Assembly: GCA_964596325.1 (NCBI GenBank)
Contig: CAZQSQ010000002.1
Span: 10,820 to 74,819 of the forward strand
DNA: 64,000 bases
Direction: 5' to 3'
DNA from: an uncultured Candidatus Saccharibacteria bacterium
GTDB taxonomy: Bacteria; Patescibacteriota; Minisyncoccia; Minisyncoccales; JAGOPM01
Positions 9,321 to 18,724 of the stretch are shown here, one piece after another; positions within the stretch are counted from its first letter, which is position 1, and each line of letters begins with the position of its first letter. Below the pieces are notes generated by a model, which saw only the letters and a program-made list of their open reading frames with translations, did not search any database and was not told the origin of the DNA. Made by a program: the position numbers and the translations under genes.

Positions 9321-9785
9321 ATGAAAGTCATACTCCTAAAAGACATCGAGAACCTCGGCCGCAAATTTGAGGTCAAAGAAGTTTCCGACGGCTACGCCCG
9401 CAATAGGCTTTTCCCGGATAAACTGGCCAAAATGGCTACCCCCGATGAGCTTAAAAAGTTAGAAAAAGAAAAGACAAAGAAAGCCAGCCAGGCGGAGGCT
9501 AATTTGGCTGGTATCGAGGAATTAATCGGCAAGATTGACGGAACCGAGATTGCCATCCCCATGAAGATTGCCAAAACCGGCAAACTCTATGAATCAGTGA
9601 ACGCCCAGAGGATTTCTGTAGAACTTAAAAAGATGGGATTTGAAGTAAAAAAGAGCCAAGTGGCGCTGGAACACCCCATCAAAGAATTAGGAGAATATAA
9701 TGTCAGGCTGGAATTTGATATGGGCTTGGAGGCGGAGATCAGGGTCATTATTACCGAAGATCAAGAACAAAAAAAGGAGGACTAA
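9321..9785 (+). CDS. rplI: 50S ribosomal protein L9
   Basis: Begins [22 protein letters not shown], matching the L9 N-domain consensus. 154 aa. Confidence 0.9.
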   Translation: MKVILLKDIENLGRKFEVKEVSDGYARNRLFPDKLAKMATPDELKKLEKEKTKKASQAEANLAGIEELIGKIDGTEIAIPMKIAKTGKLYESVNAQRISVELKKMGFEVKKSQVALEHPIKELGEYNVRLEFDMGLEAEIRVIITEDQEQKKED

Positions 9786-9798
9786 ATCCTCCTTTTTG
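9773..9798 (+). terminator. Intrinsic terminator overlapping the rplI stop (aggagga-ctaaa-tcctcct plus tttt)
   Basis: 7-bp perfect inverted repeat plus a T run. Confidence 0.55.
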
Positions 9799-9810
9799 CT
9801 TATATAAATT

Positions 9811-10083
9811 TCATTCAACGCTGGCGAATTTAGCAACGCGCTGTGTTCCATCGAACTTGCGTATCCTCTTGGTGCTAAATTTTACCGCGCCGTCGGCCAT
9901 GGCAAAAATCGTATGGTCTTTGCCTAATTTGGTATTCTTACCGGAGCGGATTTTGGTTCCGCGCTGTCGAACGATAACCTGGCCAATTTTGACTTTCTCA
10001 CCGGCGAAAAGCTTAACTCCCAAATATTTGGGGTTGGAATCGCGGCCTAATCTTGTAGAACCACCTGATTTCTTTGTTGCCAT
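9811..10083 (-). CDS. rpmA: 50S ribosomal protein L27
   Basis: Begins [24 protein letters not shown], the L27 signature. 90 aa. Confidence 0.92.
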   Translation of the reverse strand: MATKKSGGSTRLGRDSNPKYLGVKLFAGEKVKIGQVIVRQRGTKIRSGKNTKLGKDHTIFAMADGAVKFSTKRIRKFDGTQRVAKFASVE

Positions 10084-10138
10084 AGTAGTAAATTTCGGTT
10101 AAATTAAGACATACAAATATTAACAGAAAAACCTGAAT

Positions 10139-10867
10139 ATGTCAACAAAATACCCCAAATTCGAGAATTCGCCCCGCCATATTGCCTTTATTCCCGACGG
10201 TAATCGCCGTTGGGCCAAAGCCAGGGGATTAGCCCCTTGGATGGGCCATTACGAGGGCTTTAAGGCCGTAGAAAAGGTCTTCAAGGCTTGTTTTGATATG
10301 AACATAGGCTGCGTTTCGCTTTGGGCGGCCAGCCGCGACAACATCTTAAAAAGAGACCCGGAGGAAATTAAATACTTGCTGAATTTATTCGCAGAAAAAT
10401 TTTCCGAATTGGCGGATGAAAAATTTATTCATAAACAAAAAATAAAAATAACTTTTTTCGGTGATTGGCAGGAGCTTTGCCCGGAAAAAGTGATCAAAGC
10501 AATAGGGAAGTGCCACAAGAAGACCGCCAAATATCACAACAAAAATCTGAATATTTTTGTCGGCTACAGCGGCACTAAAGAAATGGTTGATGCCTGCGCC
10601 TCAATCGCCGCTGCCAAGGCGAAAAATAAAGATCTGCTCATTAATGGCGAGCTGCTCAAAGCCAATTTATATACCAAAGATCTGCCGCCGGTTGATTACG
10701 TAATACGCACAGGAGGGGAGCCGCATAATTCCGATGGTTTTATGATGTGGGATACGGCCAATGCCCAGATCTATAACTCCACCAAACATTGGCCGGATTT
10801 CAAGGAAAAGGAGCTGATAGAAACCTTGGAAGAATATAATAAAAGAGAAAGAAGGTTAGGAAAATAA
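10139..10867 (+). CDS. uppS: Undecaprenyl-diphosphate synthase (isoprenyl transferase)
   Basis: HIAFIPDGNRRWAK and downstream cis-prenyltransferase motifs. 242 aa. Confidence 0.9.
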   Translation: MSTKYPKFENSPRHIAFIPDGNRRWAKARGLAPWMGHYEGFKAVEKVFKACFDMNIGCVSLWAASRDNILKRDPEEIKYLLNLFAEKFSELADEKFIHKQKIKITFFGDWQELCPEKVIKAIGKCHKKTAKYHNKNLNIFVGYSGTKEMVDACASIAAAKAKNKDLLINGELLKANLYTKDLPPVDYVIRTGGEPHNSDGFMMWDTANAQIYNSTKHWPDFKEKELIETLEEYNKRERRLGK

Positions 10868-10876
10868 TAATATAGA

Positions 10877-10907
10877 GACAGCGCCCAAAAGACGCTGTTT
10901 TTGTTTG
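10877..10907 (+). terminator. Intrinsic terminator after uppS (acagcg-N9-cgctgt plus ttttgtttg)
   Basis: 6-bp inverted repeat with a T-rich tail directly after the uppS stop. Confidence 0.5.
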
Positions 10908-10932
10908 ACAATTCCAGAAAATTTTGTATAAT
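10905..10932 (+). promoter_or_regulatory. Canonical sigma70-like promoter TTGACA-16-TATAAT driving the two downstream hypothetical genes
   Basis: TTGACA at 10905-10910 and TATAAT at 10927-10932. Confidence 0.5.
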
Positions 10933-11081
10933 ATATAAAATTAACAACTAAATAAAGGAGGAATAATACCGCACTAGTTGAACATTTCGGCTTGGGGCCA
11001 CAGGCATTATTTTTTGATTTTCGAGAAGATTTTTGGCCCGATAATAATATTTTAAGTGTAAAAAATCAAAAGGAGGGCAAA

Positions 11082-11537
11082 ATGATGCCGATATTGATGT
11101 ATGTTTTTCTTATTTTGCTAGCCGCAGTAAGCTTTGTGTTCCTGAATGGTAAAGGCGATTGGAGGGATACGCTAGCCGGTTTAGGAATGGTCTTTGCAAT
11201 TACAGGAGTGATTCTTATGACGGTTGTATGGCCGGGGCTATATATGCTGACTTCAGCCGCCATTAAGGATGCAGAAGCAACTGCTGAAAAAATGCTTCTA
11301 ATATCCACTGGTGTGCAAACTACAAAAACCATTTATGATTTCGATAAACTTAGAATAGACAAAAATCTTTTTAATTTGAGTAACCCGGTCCATCGGGAAT
11401 TAATTAAGGAGATAGACAGGGCTAACACTGCTATCAGAGATGCCCAAAATGGCAAAAAAGGCCCATGGAGCATGCTCTACCCGAGCATCGATAAATATCC
11501 ACCAATCATTGAATTTGTCGATAATAAGACGCCTTAA
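11082..11537 (+). CDS. Hypothetical small membrane protein (two TM helices)
   Basis: ATG at 11082 preceded by AGGAGGG. The ORF track shows a longer frame from TTG at 10992, which has no RBS. The region is AT-rich. Confidence 0.5.
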   Translation: MMPILMYVFLILLAAVSFVFLNGKGDWRDTLAGLGMVFAITGVILMTVVWPGLYMLTSAAIKDAEATAEKMLLISTGVQTTKTIYDFDKLRIDKNLFNLSNPVHRELIKEIDRANTAIRDAQNGKKGPWSMLYPSIDKYPPIIEFVDNKTP

Positions 11538-11573
11538 ATTAGGCATAAATCAGACACGAAAGGGAGTTGGCAA

Positions 11574-12194
11574 ATGATAATCACAATACTACTCGCTTTG
11601 ATTTGCATCGTGATTATTTTGGGCAGAAACCAGAAAAGGCCTGAAGCGAAAAATCCGCAAGAAGAATTTCTGCAAGATCTGAAAAATATTAAGCGCTGGC
11701 CTAAGATCAAATTCTGGCAAAGAGCTATTTTGTCGCGTAAAAATATGCGCTCTGATTTCGAGAAAATTTGCCAGATGTGTACAGATTCGAAAGAAATTCC
11801 AGATACCGAACTTGCCGGGTTAATAGAAAGGATTATTAATATCCTTTCTATTAACCAATCTTGCTGTGAATATATTGTTCGTGAAAAAATTTGGAATAAC
11901 AAAGAACGTGTTTCGCTGATTGCCAGGGCGCTTTTCAACTCCAATGTTTTTCTGAGTTTCATTGATATGAAAATCCTCGCAATTAGTGTGAACTCTCTTG
12001 GTGATAGGGCGCGCAATTTAGGCGGCAGTAAATCAGACGATGAAAGGATTAAACGGGAAATTTCACACATGGAGAAAATTCAGTTTCAGAGAATAGCCGC
12101 CGACATCATAAGCCAGAAAGAAAAAATAGAGGAAATCGAAAAAGAATTTCAAGAATCAGAGATTATTCTTAAAATTCTAAAAACCGCCCCATAG
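11574..12194 (+). CDS. Hypothetical protein (N-terminal TM helix, Cys-rich middle segment, charged C-terminus)
   Basis: AGGGAG RBS 8 nt upstream of the start. The 178-aa minus-strand ORF it overlaps has no RBS. AT-rich composition. Confidence 0.5.
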   Translation: MIITILLALICIVIILGRNQKRPEAKNPQEEFLQDLKNIKRWPKIKFWQRAILSRKNMRSDFEKICQMCTDSKEIPDTELAGLIERIINILSINQSCCEYIVREKIWNNKERVSLIARALFNSNVFLSFIDMKILAISVNSLGDRARNLGGSKSDDERIKREISHMEKIQFQRIAADIISQKEKIEEIEKEFQESEIILKILKTAP

Positions 12195-12208
12195 GCGGTT
12201 CTTTTTTT
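12181..12208. terminator. Bidirectional terminator hairpin (accgcc..ggcggt plus T7) between the hypothetical gene and the recombinase
   Basis: 6-bp GC stem and ctttttttag directly after the plus-strand stop. Confidence 0.5.
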
Positions 12209-13151
12209 AGGCGTTTAGTGAGTGATGCTTTTTATGAATGTCTTTAAGCCGTTTAGAGGTTACATGAGTATATATTTGGGTGGCAGTAATAGAGCGATGG
12301 CCCAAAAACTCCTGAACAACCCTTAAATCAACCCCTTGGGAGAGCAAATCCGTGGCAAAGCTATGGCGCATGACGTGGGGCGTGGTGTTGGCTGGCAAGC
12401 CCGCCAAAAGCGCACATTTTTTTATCATCTTCTCAATAAAACGCGGCGTAAGCCTCTTGGAATTTCTCGCCCCGCGAAAATTTACGAATAAGGCTTTTTC
12501 CGTATCTTTGTGGCCGCGCATTTTCAAATACCCACGTATCCAATGCAGGGCGCGTTTGGAAAAATAAACCGTGCGGGTATGCGAACCCTTACCGACTATC
12601 GAAAGTTCGAAATCCTCGGCCTCAGGGGCAATTTTGAGCTGCTCGGCGTTAAGCGCGGTAAGCTCGGAAATACGCATTCCGGTGGAAAAAAACGTTTCTA
12701 AAATCGCCCGATCGCGACAACCATTTAATTTTTTTACATCCGGAATGGAAAATAATTTTTCAACTTGCTCAACGGTTAAAAACCTGACGGGTTTTTCTTC
12801 CTTGGCCCGCGCCAATTTTATTTTTTCCGCCGGCAGGGAATTGATATCGTGCTCGGTAAAATAGCTCATTAGCTGCCTTAAGGCGATTAAGTAGTAGTTC
12901 TGGGTAGTCTTTTTAAGCCCAGTCGAGCCGGCGGCGGAGCGACTCAAATAAACCCTATAATCCCAAATATGCTCAGGAGTAAGCTCGTGGGGCTTAAGGG
13001 AAGAGAGTTTTTTAATTTCCAACCATTTCAAAAATTTCCGAAGGAATCTAGAATAATTTTCCTGCGTTTTAGAACCTAATCCTTTTTCTACGTCCAACCA
13101 ATCTAAAAAGTCGTTTAAGTGTTGGGGAAGTGCTTTTTCCGAGTTCTTCAT
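12207..13151 (-). CDS. Tyrosine site-specific recombinase, XerC/XerD family
   Basis: C-terminal catalytic block HVMRHSFATDLL..LGHRSITATQIYTHV (R-H-R-Y residues) and an N-terminal core-binding domain. 314 aa. Confidence 0.85.
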   Translation of the reverse strand: MKNSEKALPQHLNDFLDWLDVEKGLGSKTQENYSRFLRKFLKWLEIKKLSSLKPHELTPEHIWDYRVYLSRSAAGSTGLKKTTQNYYLIALRQLMSYFTEHDINSLPAEKIKLARAKEEKPVRFLTVEQVEKLFSIPDVKKLNGCRDRAILETFFSTGMRISELTALNAEQLKIAPEAEDFELSIVGKGSHTRTVYFSKRALHWIRGYLKMRGHKDTEKALFVNFRGARNSKRLTPRFIEKMIKKCALLAGLPANTTPHVMRHSFATDLLSQGVDLRVVQEFLGHRSITATQIYTHVTSKRLKDIHKKHHSLNA

Positions 13152-13243
13152 TGTATATAGGAAAACAATACTGCCCTATGTTCGCTTAAGTTAAATTATG
13201 CGAACATATATTAATTTCTATTCTTTACTTGCTATTATTCCCT

Positions 13244-13618
13244 CTAAGGCTTAACCGGGGTCTCTTTATTCCCGAAAAATACTCTTATCGCGTTTAAGAT
13301 GCGGTTATTTTCGAAAAAACCTTTCCAGTCATTTTGCAGCTCGTCTTTTTCTGCGGCATATTCCTTGATCGCCATTTCAAAACGAAAAGAAAAAAAATTT
13401 TTTACTGACGCCATGGTAGAGCTTAGGAAGCTACTAGCATCATTGGTGGCGCCCTTGGCCCGGTCTTTGATATCGGTTGGTAGACCACTTCCCTGCAAAA
13501 GCCCTAAATTGCCATTTTCGGCTCCAAGCGCCTGCGTGGGCTTAAAAACATAAAAAGAGAAAACTGTCAAAAAAATAGCAATGAAATAAAAATATTTTTT
13601 ACAATATTTTATTCCCAT
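13244..13618 (-). CDS. Hypothetical small secreted protein (signal peptide)
   Basis: N-terminal hydrophobic signal-like segment ending ..TQALGA. No recognisable motifs. Confidence 0.4.
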   Translation of the reverse strand: MGIKYCKKYFYFIAIFLTVFSFYVFKPTQALGAENGNLGLLQGSGLPTDIKDRAKGATNDASSFLSSTMASVKNFFSFRFEMAIKEYAAEKDELQNDWKGFFENNRILNAIRVFFGNKETPVKP

Positions 13619-15093
13619 AATTTTTTTGCATAATTTACCCGGCGGATAAACTGGTCTTTGCCCAAAACCGCACCGACCTCAAAGGGCCCGGCTGAGGCCT
13701 TTTTCCCAGTCAAAAGGACGCGCATCGGCCAAAGTAACTGACCGCGGATCTTAACCTTGGCCTCAGGCAAGTCAACGTACCCCAAATAGGTTTTTTCCAG
13801 AACTTCTTTGCTCCATTGCGAATCAGAAATGGTATCAGCCAGTTCCCCTATTACCTGAAGGGAATTTTTAACATCTTGGTCAGTCATATCTTTCCAGCGC
13901 AAAAGCTCTTTCTCGTAAGTAATCTCCGGCTTAAAAAAGAAATCTGCGATATCAGGAAATTCCGCCAAAGTGACCAAACGATCTTTATAGAGCGCAATTG
14001 CCGCCTCCAAGTACTGCTCATTGGAAAAAGTTTCCCCGATTAGCCCGGCTTTGGCTAGAAATGGCTTAAGCAGGCCTGCCAGCTCCGTTAATGGTTTGGT
14101 GCGGATATACATGCCGTTAAACCAATTAAGTTTTTGAACATTGAATATTGCGCCACTGGGCCTCACCCGCTCGATGCTAAACTCCTTCACTAATTGCTCC
14201 AAGGAAAACATTTCCCGCTCATCTCCGGGATTCCAGCCTAAAAACACAATAAAATTATTAATAGCTTCTGGCAAATACCCTTGATTGAAATAAAAATTTA
14301 CCGGTTCGGCGTTATGACGCTTAGAAAGTTTAGACTTATCCGGACCTAAAATCATAGGCATGTGCGCGTAAATAATGCCGGGAAAGCCCAAGGCCTCCTG
14401 TAATTGGATTTGCTTGGGGGTATTAGGAATATGGTCTTCACCGCGAATGACGTGGCTGATTCTCATTTCGTAGTCATCGATTACACAAGCGAGATTATAA
14501 AGCGGCGTTGAAATATCGGTGGCAATAACCGTATCCCCGAACAAGGAGGTATCGAATTCCACCTTGCCCCTAATTAAATCATTAAATGAAACTTTTTTAT
14601 TATTGCTTTTGAAGCGAATGACACAAGGCAGGCCCTTTTGCAGATTGTCTTTTATGGTTTGCGGGGGCAAATCAGCACATTTGCCGTCATATTTGGGCTG
14701 TATCCCCTGCTCAATTTGATAATTTTTCTTTGCCTCCAATTCGTCTTTGGTGCAAAAACAATAATAGGCCTTGCCCTCGGCAATTAATTTTTCTAAATAT
14801 TTTTTATAAATTTCCCGCCTTTCACTTTGCCGATACGGGCCGTATTCGCCGCCGATATCTGGCCCTTCATCGTAATTAAGCCCCAACCATTTAAGTCCGG
14901 CGAGTATATCCAGCTCAAACTCCTTTTTGCTTCTTAAAATGTCGGTATCCTCCACACGCAAAACAAATTTGCCTCCGTATTTTTTGGCAAAAAGATAATT
15001 ATAGAGCGCGGCCCGCACGCTGCCGATATGCAAAAAACCGGTTGGGCTAGGGGCAAAACGGGTCCGTAGATTTTTTGTCTCTGAATCAGACAT
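13609..15093 (-). CDS. gltX: Glutamate--tRNA ligase
   Basis: RFAPSPTGFLHIGSVRAALYNYLFAKK..LRVEDTD class I HIGH region and a KLSKR (KMSKS-like) motif. Start taken at MSDSETK; the longer ORF start lacks homology. Confidence 0.92.
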   Translation of the reverse strand: MSDSETKNLRTRFAPSPTGFLHIGSVRAALYNYLFAKKYGGKFVLRVEDTDILRSKKEFELDILAGLKWLGLNYDEGPDIGGEYGPYRQSERREIYKKYLEKLIAEGKAYYCFCTKDELEAKKNYQIEQGIQPKYDGKCADLPPQTIKDNLQKGLPCVIRFKSNNKKVSFNDLIRGKVEFDTSLFGDTVIATDISTPLYNLACVIDDYEMRISHVIRGEDHIPNTPKQIQLQEALGFPGIIYAHMPMILGPDKSKLSKRHNAEPVNFYFNQGYLPEAINNFIVFLGWNPGDEREMFSLEQLVKEFSIERVRPSGAIFNVQKLNWFNGMYIRTKPLTELAGLLKPFLAKAGLIGETFSNEQYLEAAIALYKDRLVTLAEFPDIADFFFKPEITYEKELLRWKDMTDQDVKNSLQVIGELADTISDSQWSKEVLEKTYLGYVDLPEAKVKIRGQLLWPMRVLLTGKKASAGPFEVGAVLGKDQFIRRVNYAKKLWE

Positions 15094-15141
15094 AATTGTT
15101 TGTTCGCATAATTTATACCCTAAAAAAGGCAAAAATTCAAC

Positions 15142-16302
15142 TTACGAAAGTAGAGAATAAATATCCGAGGCGATTATTTGGGCGGCGTTAATCTTGGCAA
15201 ATTCTTTGGCAGCCCGGCTCATTTGTTCCCGTTTAGCTGAATCATTAGCGATAACCCGGATTTGTTCCAAAAATAAATTGGGCGTGAAGTTCCCCTCCTC
15301 CATAATTGTTGCCGCTCCGGCGCGGGAATAAATAAAAGCATTCATAGACTGGTGGTTCTGAGCGGATTCAGGCAAAGGAATCAAAATACTAGGCTTGCCG
15401 GCTTTGGCGATTTCAAAAATACTGCCAGAACCGGCCCGGCTGATAACAACATCGGCGGCCGCCAAGGCATTGGCATACTGCGCATCATCCAAAAAGCCGG
15501 CCAAATGATAGTATTTGCATAAATTTTCCGGCATTAAGCGCTCACACATTTGCAAATATTGTTTGATATTAGCCGTACCGCACTGATGGATAACTTCAAA
15601 CTCGAGCAAAATTTGGTCCAAGACATTGAGCACCATGTCATTGAACCTTTGCGAGCCTTGAGAGCCGCCAACAATCAGAACTATCGGCTTCTCAAAACTC
15701 AAAGAAAACATTTGCCCGGCCGTGCCCTTATTGCCCATGAGCAATGATTCTCTGACCGGATTGCCCACCAAAGTGGTTTTCTGAGGCGGAAACCATAATT
15801 TCTTTTGCACGAAAGAAATATAAATTTTATCGGCAAAAGTCCCTATCAGGCGATTGGCAGCCCCGGGAATGGAATCAGACTCATGGAGATAAACTTTTTT
15901 ATAAAGCAGCCAACCGGCCAATGAGGCTGGCACCGCCCCATAACCTCCTTTGCAAAAAATCAGCTTAATGGAAAATAAATTAAACAAAATCCAAAAATAA
16001 GCCTGAATAAGGCCGAGAGGAATTCGAAAAACTATATCGATAAAATTATTAAAAACATCCAAAACACCTGCCGTCCGGCGGAATTTCCCAGAGGAAATAT
16101 TTACAACCTTGATCCCCTCCTCAAGTAACAAATAATCTAATTCACCCTTTGGGCCCAAAAATACATATTCCAGCGTATCGTAAACCACGCCTTTTTTGGT
16201 TTGCTTGGCAATGGTCTGCTCGTATTTTTTTAACTCGCGGACAATGGCAATAATGGGAATGATATGCCCGCCAGAGCCGCCGCCCGCAAAAACAATTTTC
16301 AT
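15142..16302 (-). CDS. murG: Undecaprenyldiphospho-muramoylpentapeptide beta-N-acetylglucosaminyltransferase MurG
   Basis: MKIVFAGGGSGGHIIP and a C-terminal GT-B domain. Start set at the internal Met because the 52-codon extension overlaps ftsW. Confidence 0.9.
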   Translation of the reverse strand: MKIVFAGGGSGGHIIPIIAIVRELKKYEQTIAKQTKKGVVYDTLEYVFLGPKGELDYLLLEEGIKVVNISSGKFRRTAGVLDVFNNFIDIVFRIPLGLIQAYFWILFNLFSIKLIFCKGGYGAVPASLAGWLLYKKVYLHESDSIPGAANRLIGTFADKIYISFVQKKLWFPPQKTTLVGNPVRESLLMGNKGTAGQMFSLSFEKPIVLIVGGSQGSQRFNDMVLNVLDQILLEFEVIHQCGTANIKQYLQMCERLMPENLCKYYHLAGFLDDAQYANALAAADVVISRAGSGSIFEIAKAGKPSILIPLPESAQNHQSMNAFIYSRAGAATIMEEGNFTPNLFLEQIRVIANDSAKREQMSRAAKEFAKINAAQIIASDIYSLLS

Positions 16303-17390
16303 GTTTGGGATTTTGAAATATTTAATATTACGCCACACGCCGTCAGAACCAAAAGTAAAGCCGTGCCCCCGGCACTCATAAAAGGCAACGGTAAACCCGT
16401 GACCGGCAAAAATCCGATTGAAGAAAAAATATGGATAAAGGCCTGAATGCCGATCCAAGAAGTAATCCCAGCAGAGAGCATTTTACTGAAAGTATCGCGC
16501 GAATGGATGGCAATGCTTATTCCCTGCCAAATGAACCATACGTATAGGGCAACCACGCATAGGGCCCCGAAAAATCCCGTTTCCTCGGCAATAATGGCAA
16601 AAATAGAATCAGTGGCGGCCTGCGGCACTCCACCATACTTTTGGCGGCTCATATTCAAGCCGACCCCGGTAACGCCCCCCGAACCCACGGTAATCATTAA
16701 TTGTTTTTGATGGTAACCCACGCTGGAGGGATCAGAATCGTTTGTAATCAGAGCCTTAATACGGGCAAAACGATAAGCTTCAGTAAAAGCCAAAAAGGAA
16801 ATCAAGATTCCGATACAACAAAAAATAACGGCAATATGTTTAAGCTTGGCCTCGGAAAACAAGTAAATCACGCCGATTGAAAACATCGTAACAATAAGAG
16901 TACTCAAATCTTTTTGCAAAATAATCGGCAAAGCCGCGGCTAAGGCAATGCCCAAAAAAATAAAAGAATCTTTCAGTTTTTTGACCCGGCGGATGCTAAA
17001 ATAATACGAAAAATAAATTATTAACGCCAGTTTGAAAAACTCAGATGGCTGAATAGTTGTAAAATGCAAATTAATCCAACGGGTAGCACCCCCGGCGCTC
17101 ATACCTATGACTGGCAAAAAAACCGCAAACATCAAAGCATAACATGCCAAAGCAAAATGGAAAGCGTACTTTTTCAAAATATCCAAATTACGCAGCCCTA
17201 AAATTGTGAACATTATCACCAAGCCAGGAATAATAGCAAAAACCAGCTGCTTAATGATTACCGAATAAGGATTAGCAGTCCCGCGGATCGAAGCCGAGGC
17301 TGTGGAGATGCCGGCCAAAATCGCAAAACCCAAAATCAAAAGCAGTAGGATACAGCTTAAAAAAGAAATGGTGGCTTGTGGTAATTTCAT
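16299..17390 (-). CDS. ftsW: SEDS-family peptidoglycan polymerase FtsW/RodA
   Basis: Ten-TM SEDS architecture. Lies between murD and murG in a dcw-type gene order. Confidence 0.88.
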   Translation of the reverse strand: MKLPQATISFLSCILLLLILGFAILAGISTASASIRGTANPYSVIIKQLVFAIIPGLVIMFTILGLRNLDILKKYAFHFALACYALMFAVFLPVIGMSAGGATRWINLHFTTIQPSEFFKLALIIYFSYYFSIRRVKKLKDSFIFLGIALAAALPIILQKDLSTLIVTMFSIGVIYLFSEAKLKHIAVIFCCIGILISFLAFTEAYRFARIKALITNDSDPSSVGYHQKQLMITVGSGGVTGVGLNMSRQKYGGVPQAATDSIFAIIAEETGFFGALCVVALYVWFIWQGISIAIHSRDTFSKMLSAGITSWIGIQAFIHIFSSIGFLPVTGLPLPFMSAGGTALLLVLTACGVILNISKSQT

Positions 17391-18724
17391 TGGTATTTTA
17401 TGATCTCGTTCTTAAATTGCTCGCCGCGATCCCTATAATCCCTGAATAATCCGAAACTGGGCGCGGCGCAGGAAAGCAAACAGGACATTCCTTGGGGCGT
17501 GTGCTTGATGCAAAATTCTACCGCCTGGCGCATATTGCTGGCAAAAATATAATCGGGCAGTGGGATTTCGCGTTTCTTGCATAAATCCCCTATCGCAGAA
17601 AGCATAAATTTTCCCGACTCGGGGAAAAAGGCGATTTTTTTGATATTGGCCTCAGTGATAGCAAGGGCTAACTGATCATATTTAATTTTTCGATCGTAAC
17701 CCCCCAAAATTATCGAGCCGACTTTGCCGTTAAGCGACTTGATGGCGGCAATCGTGGCCTCCGGGATAGTCGCCAAGCTATCATCGTAAAAATCAATGCC
17801 ATGATAGTTGCCCAGATACTGCATCCGATGTTGGAGGGGTTTGAAACTTTTAAGCGCCTTTTCAATTTTCTCCACCTCTAAACGCAAAGCCAAAGCGACC
17901 ACAATGGCGGCTTGGATATTTTCCCGATAAATTTCTGGCGATATCGGCAAATCGTTTTCCTCGACAAAATTAGAAATTACTATCTGGTTAAAATCAATGG
18001 CGCTGGCCTTGGTTTTTTTGACAAGCTTGGTGATTAATTCCGAATTGCCGTTATAAACAAAAATCCCGTTCTTTTTCTGCCATAAGACAATATTGGCTTT
18101 GGCCTTAAAATATTCGTTGAAATCCTTATAGTAATCCAAATGCTCCGGGTAAATATTAAGAAAAACAGAAATGTCCGGGCTGATTTCCAAGCGATCTAAT
18201 TGATGTGAAGACATTTCGTAGACGCACCATTGCCCGGCACGCAATTTTGGTAAAATGGAAAGCGGCGGGATGCCGATATTGCCCAAAAGCTGCGTTTTGA
18301 ATCCGGCGGTTTTCAGAATGTGATAAATGAGCGAAGCGGTAGTGCTTTTACCTTTTGTACCCGTTACCCCGATAACCCAGGCCGGACAATTTTTCAAAAA
18401 TATTTCAGTTTCCGAGGTGACTTTACAGCCCCGAGGCAACAGTTTCTGAATTTTGCGCAAAGGTAATCCCGGGGTTTTTATAACCACATCGATCCCTTCA
18501 AAAGCCAAAGGGAAATCCGTGCCCAAAAATAATTTAATTTTGGCTTTGCGCGCTTTTTTCAAAAGCCGCCGCCCCTCCAAATCAAAATCATCAAAGGCCT
18601 TTTCATCAGCAATGGCGACTTTACGCGAAATCTTCGTCTCAAAAATCCACTTTAAGGTTTCCCGGCCTTCCCGGCCGAAACCCAAGACTAATATTTTTTT
18701 CTGTTTCAAGTCGGCGATTTTCAT
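17387..18724 (-). CDS. murD: UDP-N-acetylmuramoylalanine--D-glutamate ligase MurD
   Basis: Mur ligase P-loop VIGVTGTKGKSTT and the typical three-domain length. 445 aa. Confidence 0.9.
   Translation of the reverse strand: MKIADLKQKKILVLGFGREGRETLKWIFETKISRKVAIADEKAFDDFDLEGRRLLKKARKAKIKLFLGTDFPLAFEGIDVVIKTPGLPLRKIQKLLPRGCKVTSETEIFLKNCPAWVIGVTGTKGKSTTASLIYHILKTAGFKTQLLGNIGIPPLSILPKLRAGQWCVYEMSSHQLDRLEISPDISVFLNIYPEHLDYYKDFNEYFKAKANIVLWQKKNGIFVYNGNSELITKLVKKTKASAIDFNQIVISNFVEENDLPISPEIYRENIQAAIVVALALRLEVEKIEKALKSFKPLQHRMQYLGNYHGIDFYDDSLATIPEATIAAIKSLNGKVGSIILGGYDRKIKYDQLALAITEANIKKIAFFPESGKFMLSAIGDLCKKREIPLPDYIFASNMRQAVEFCIKHTPQGMSCLLSCAAPSFGLFRDYRDRGEQFKNEIIKYQ

Noticed and set aside
11534-12070. 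178-aa minus-strand ORF overlapping the 11574..12194 plus-strand gene
   Set aside because: The plus-strand frame has an AGGGAG RBS and sits downstream of the TTGACA-TATAAT promoter. The minus-strand frame has neither.
16303-16458. 52-codon N-terminal extension of the murG ORF
   Set aside because: It overlaps the ftsW 3' end. The MurG homology begins at MKIVFAGGGSGGH.
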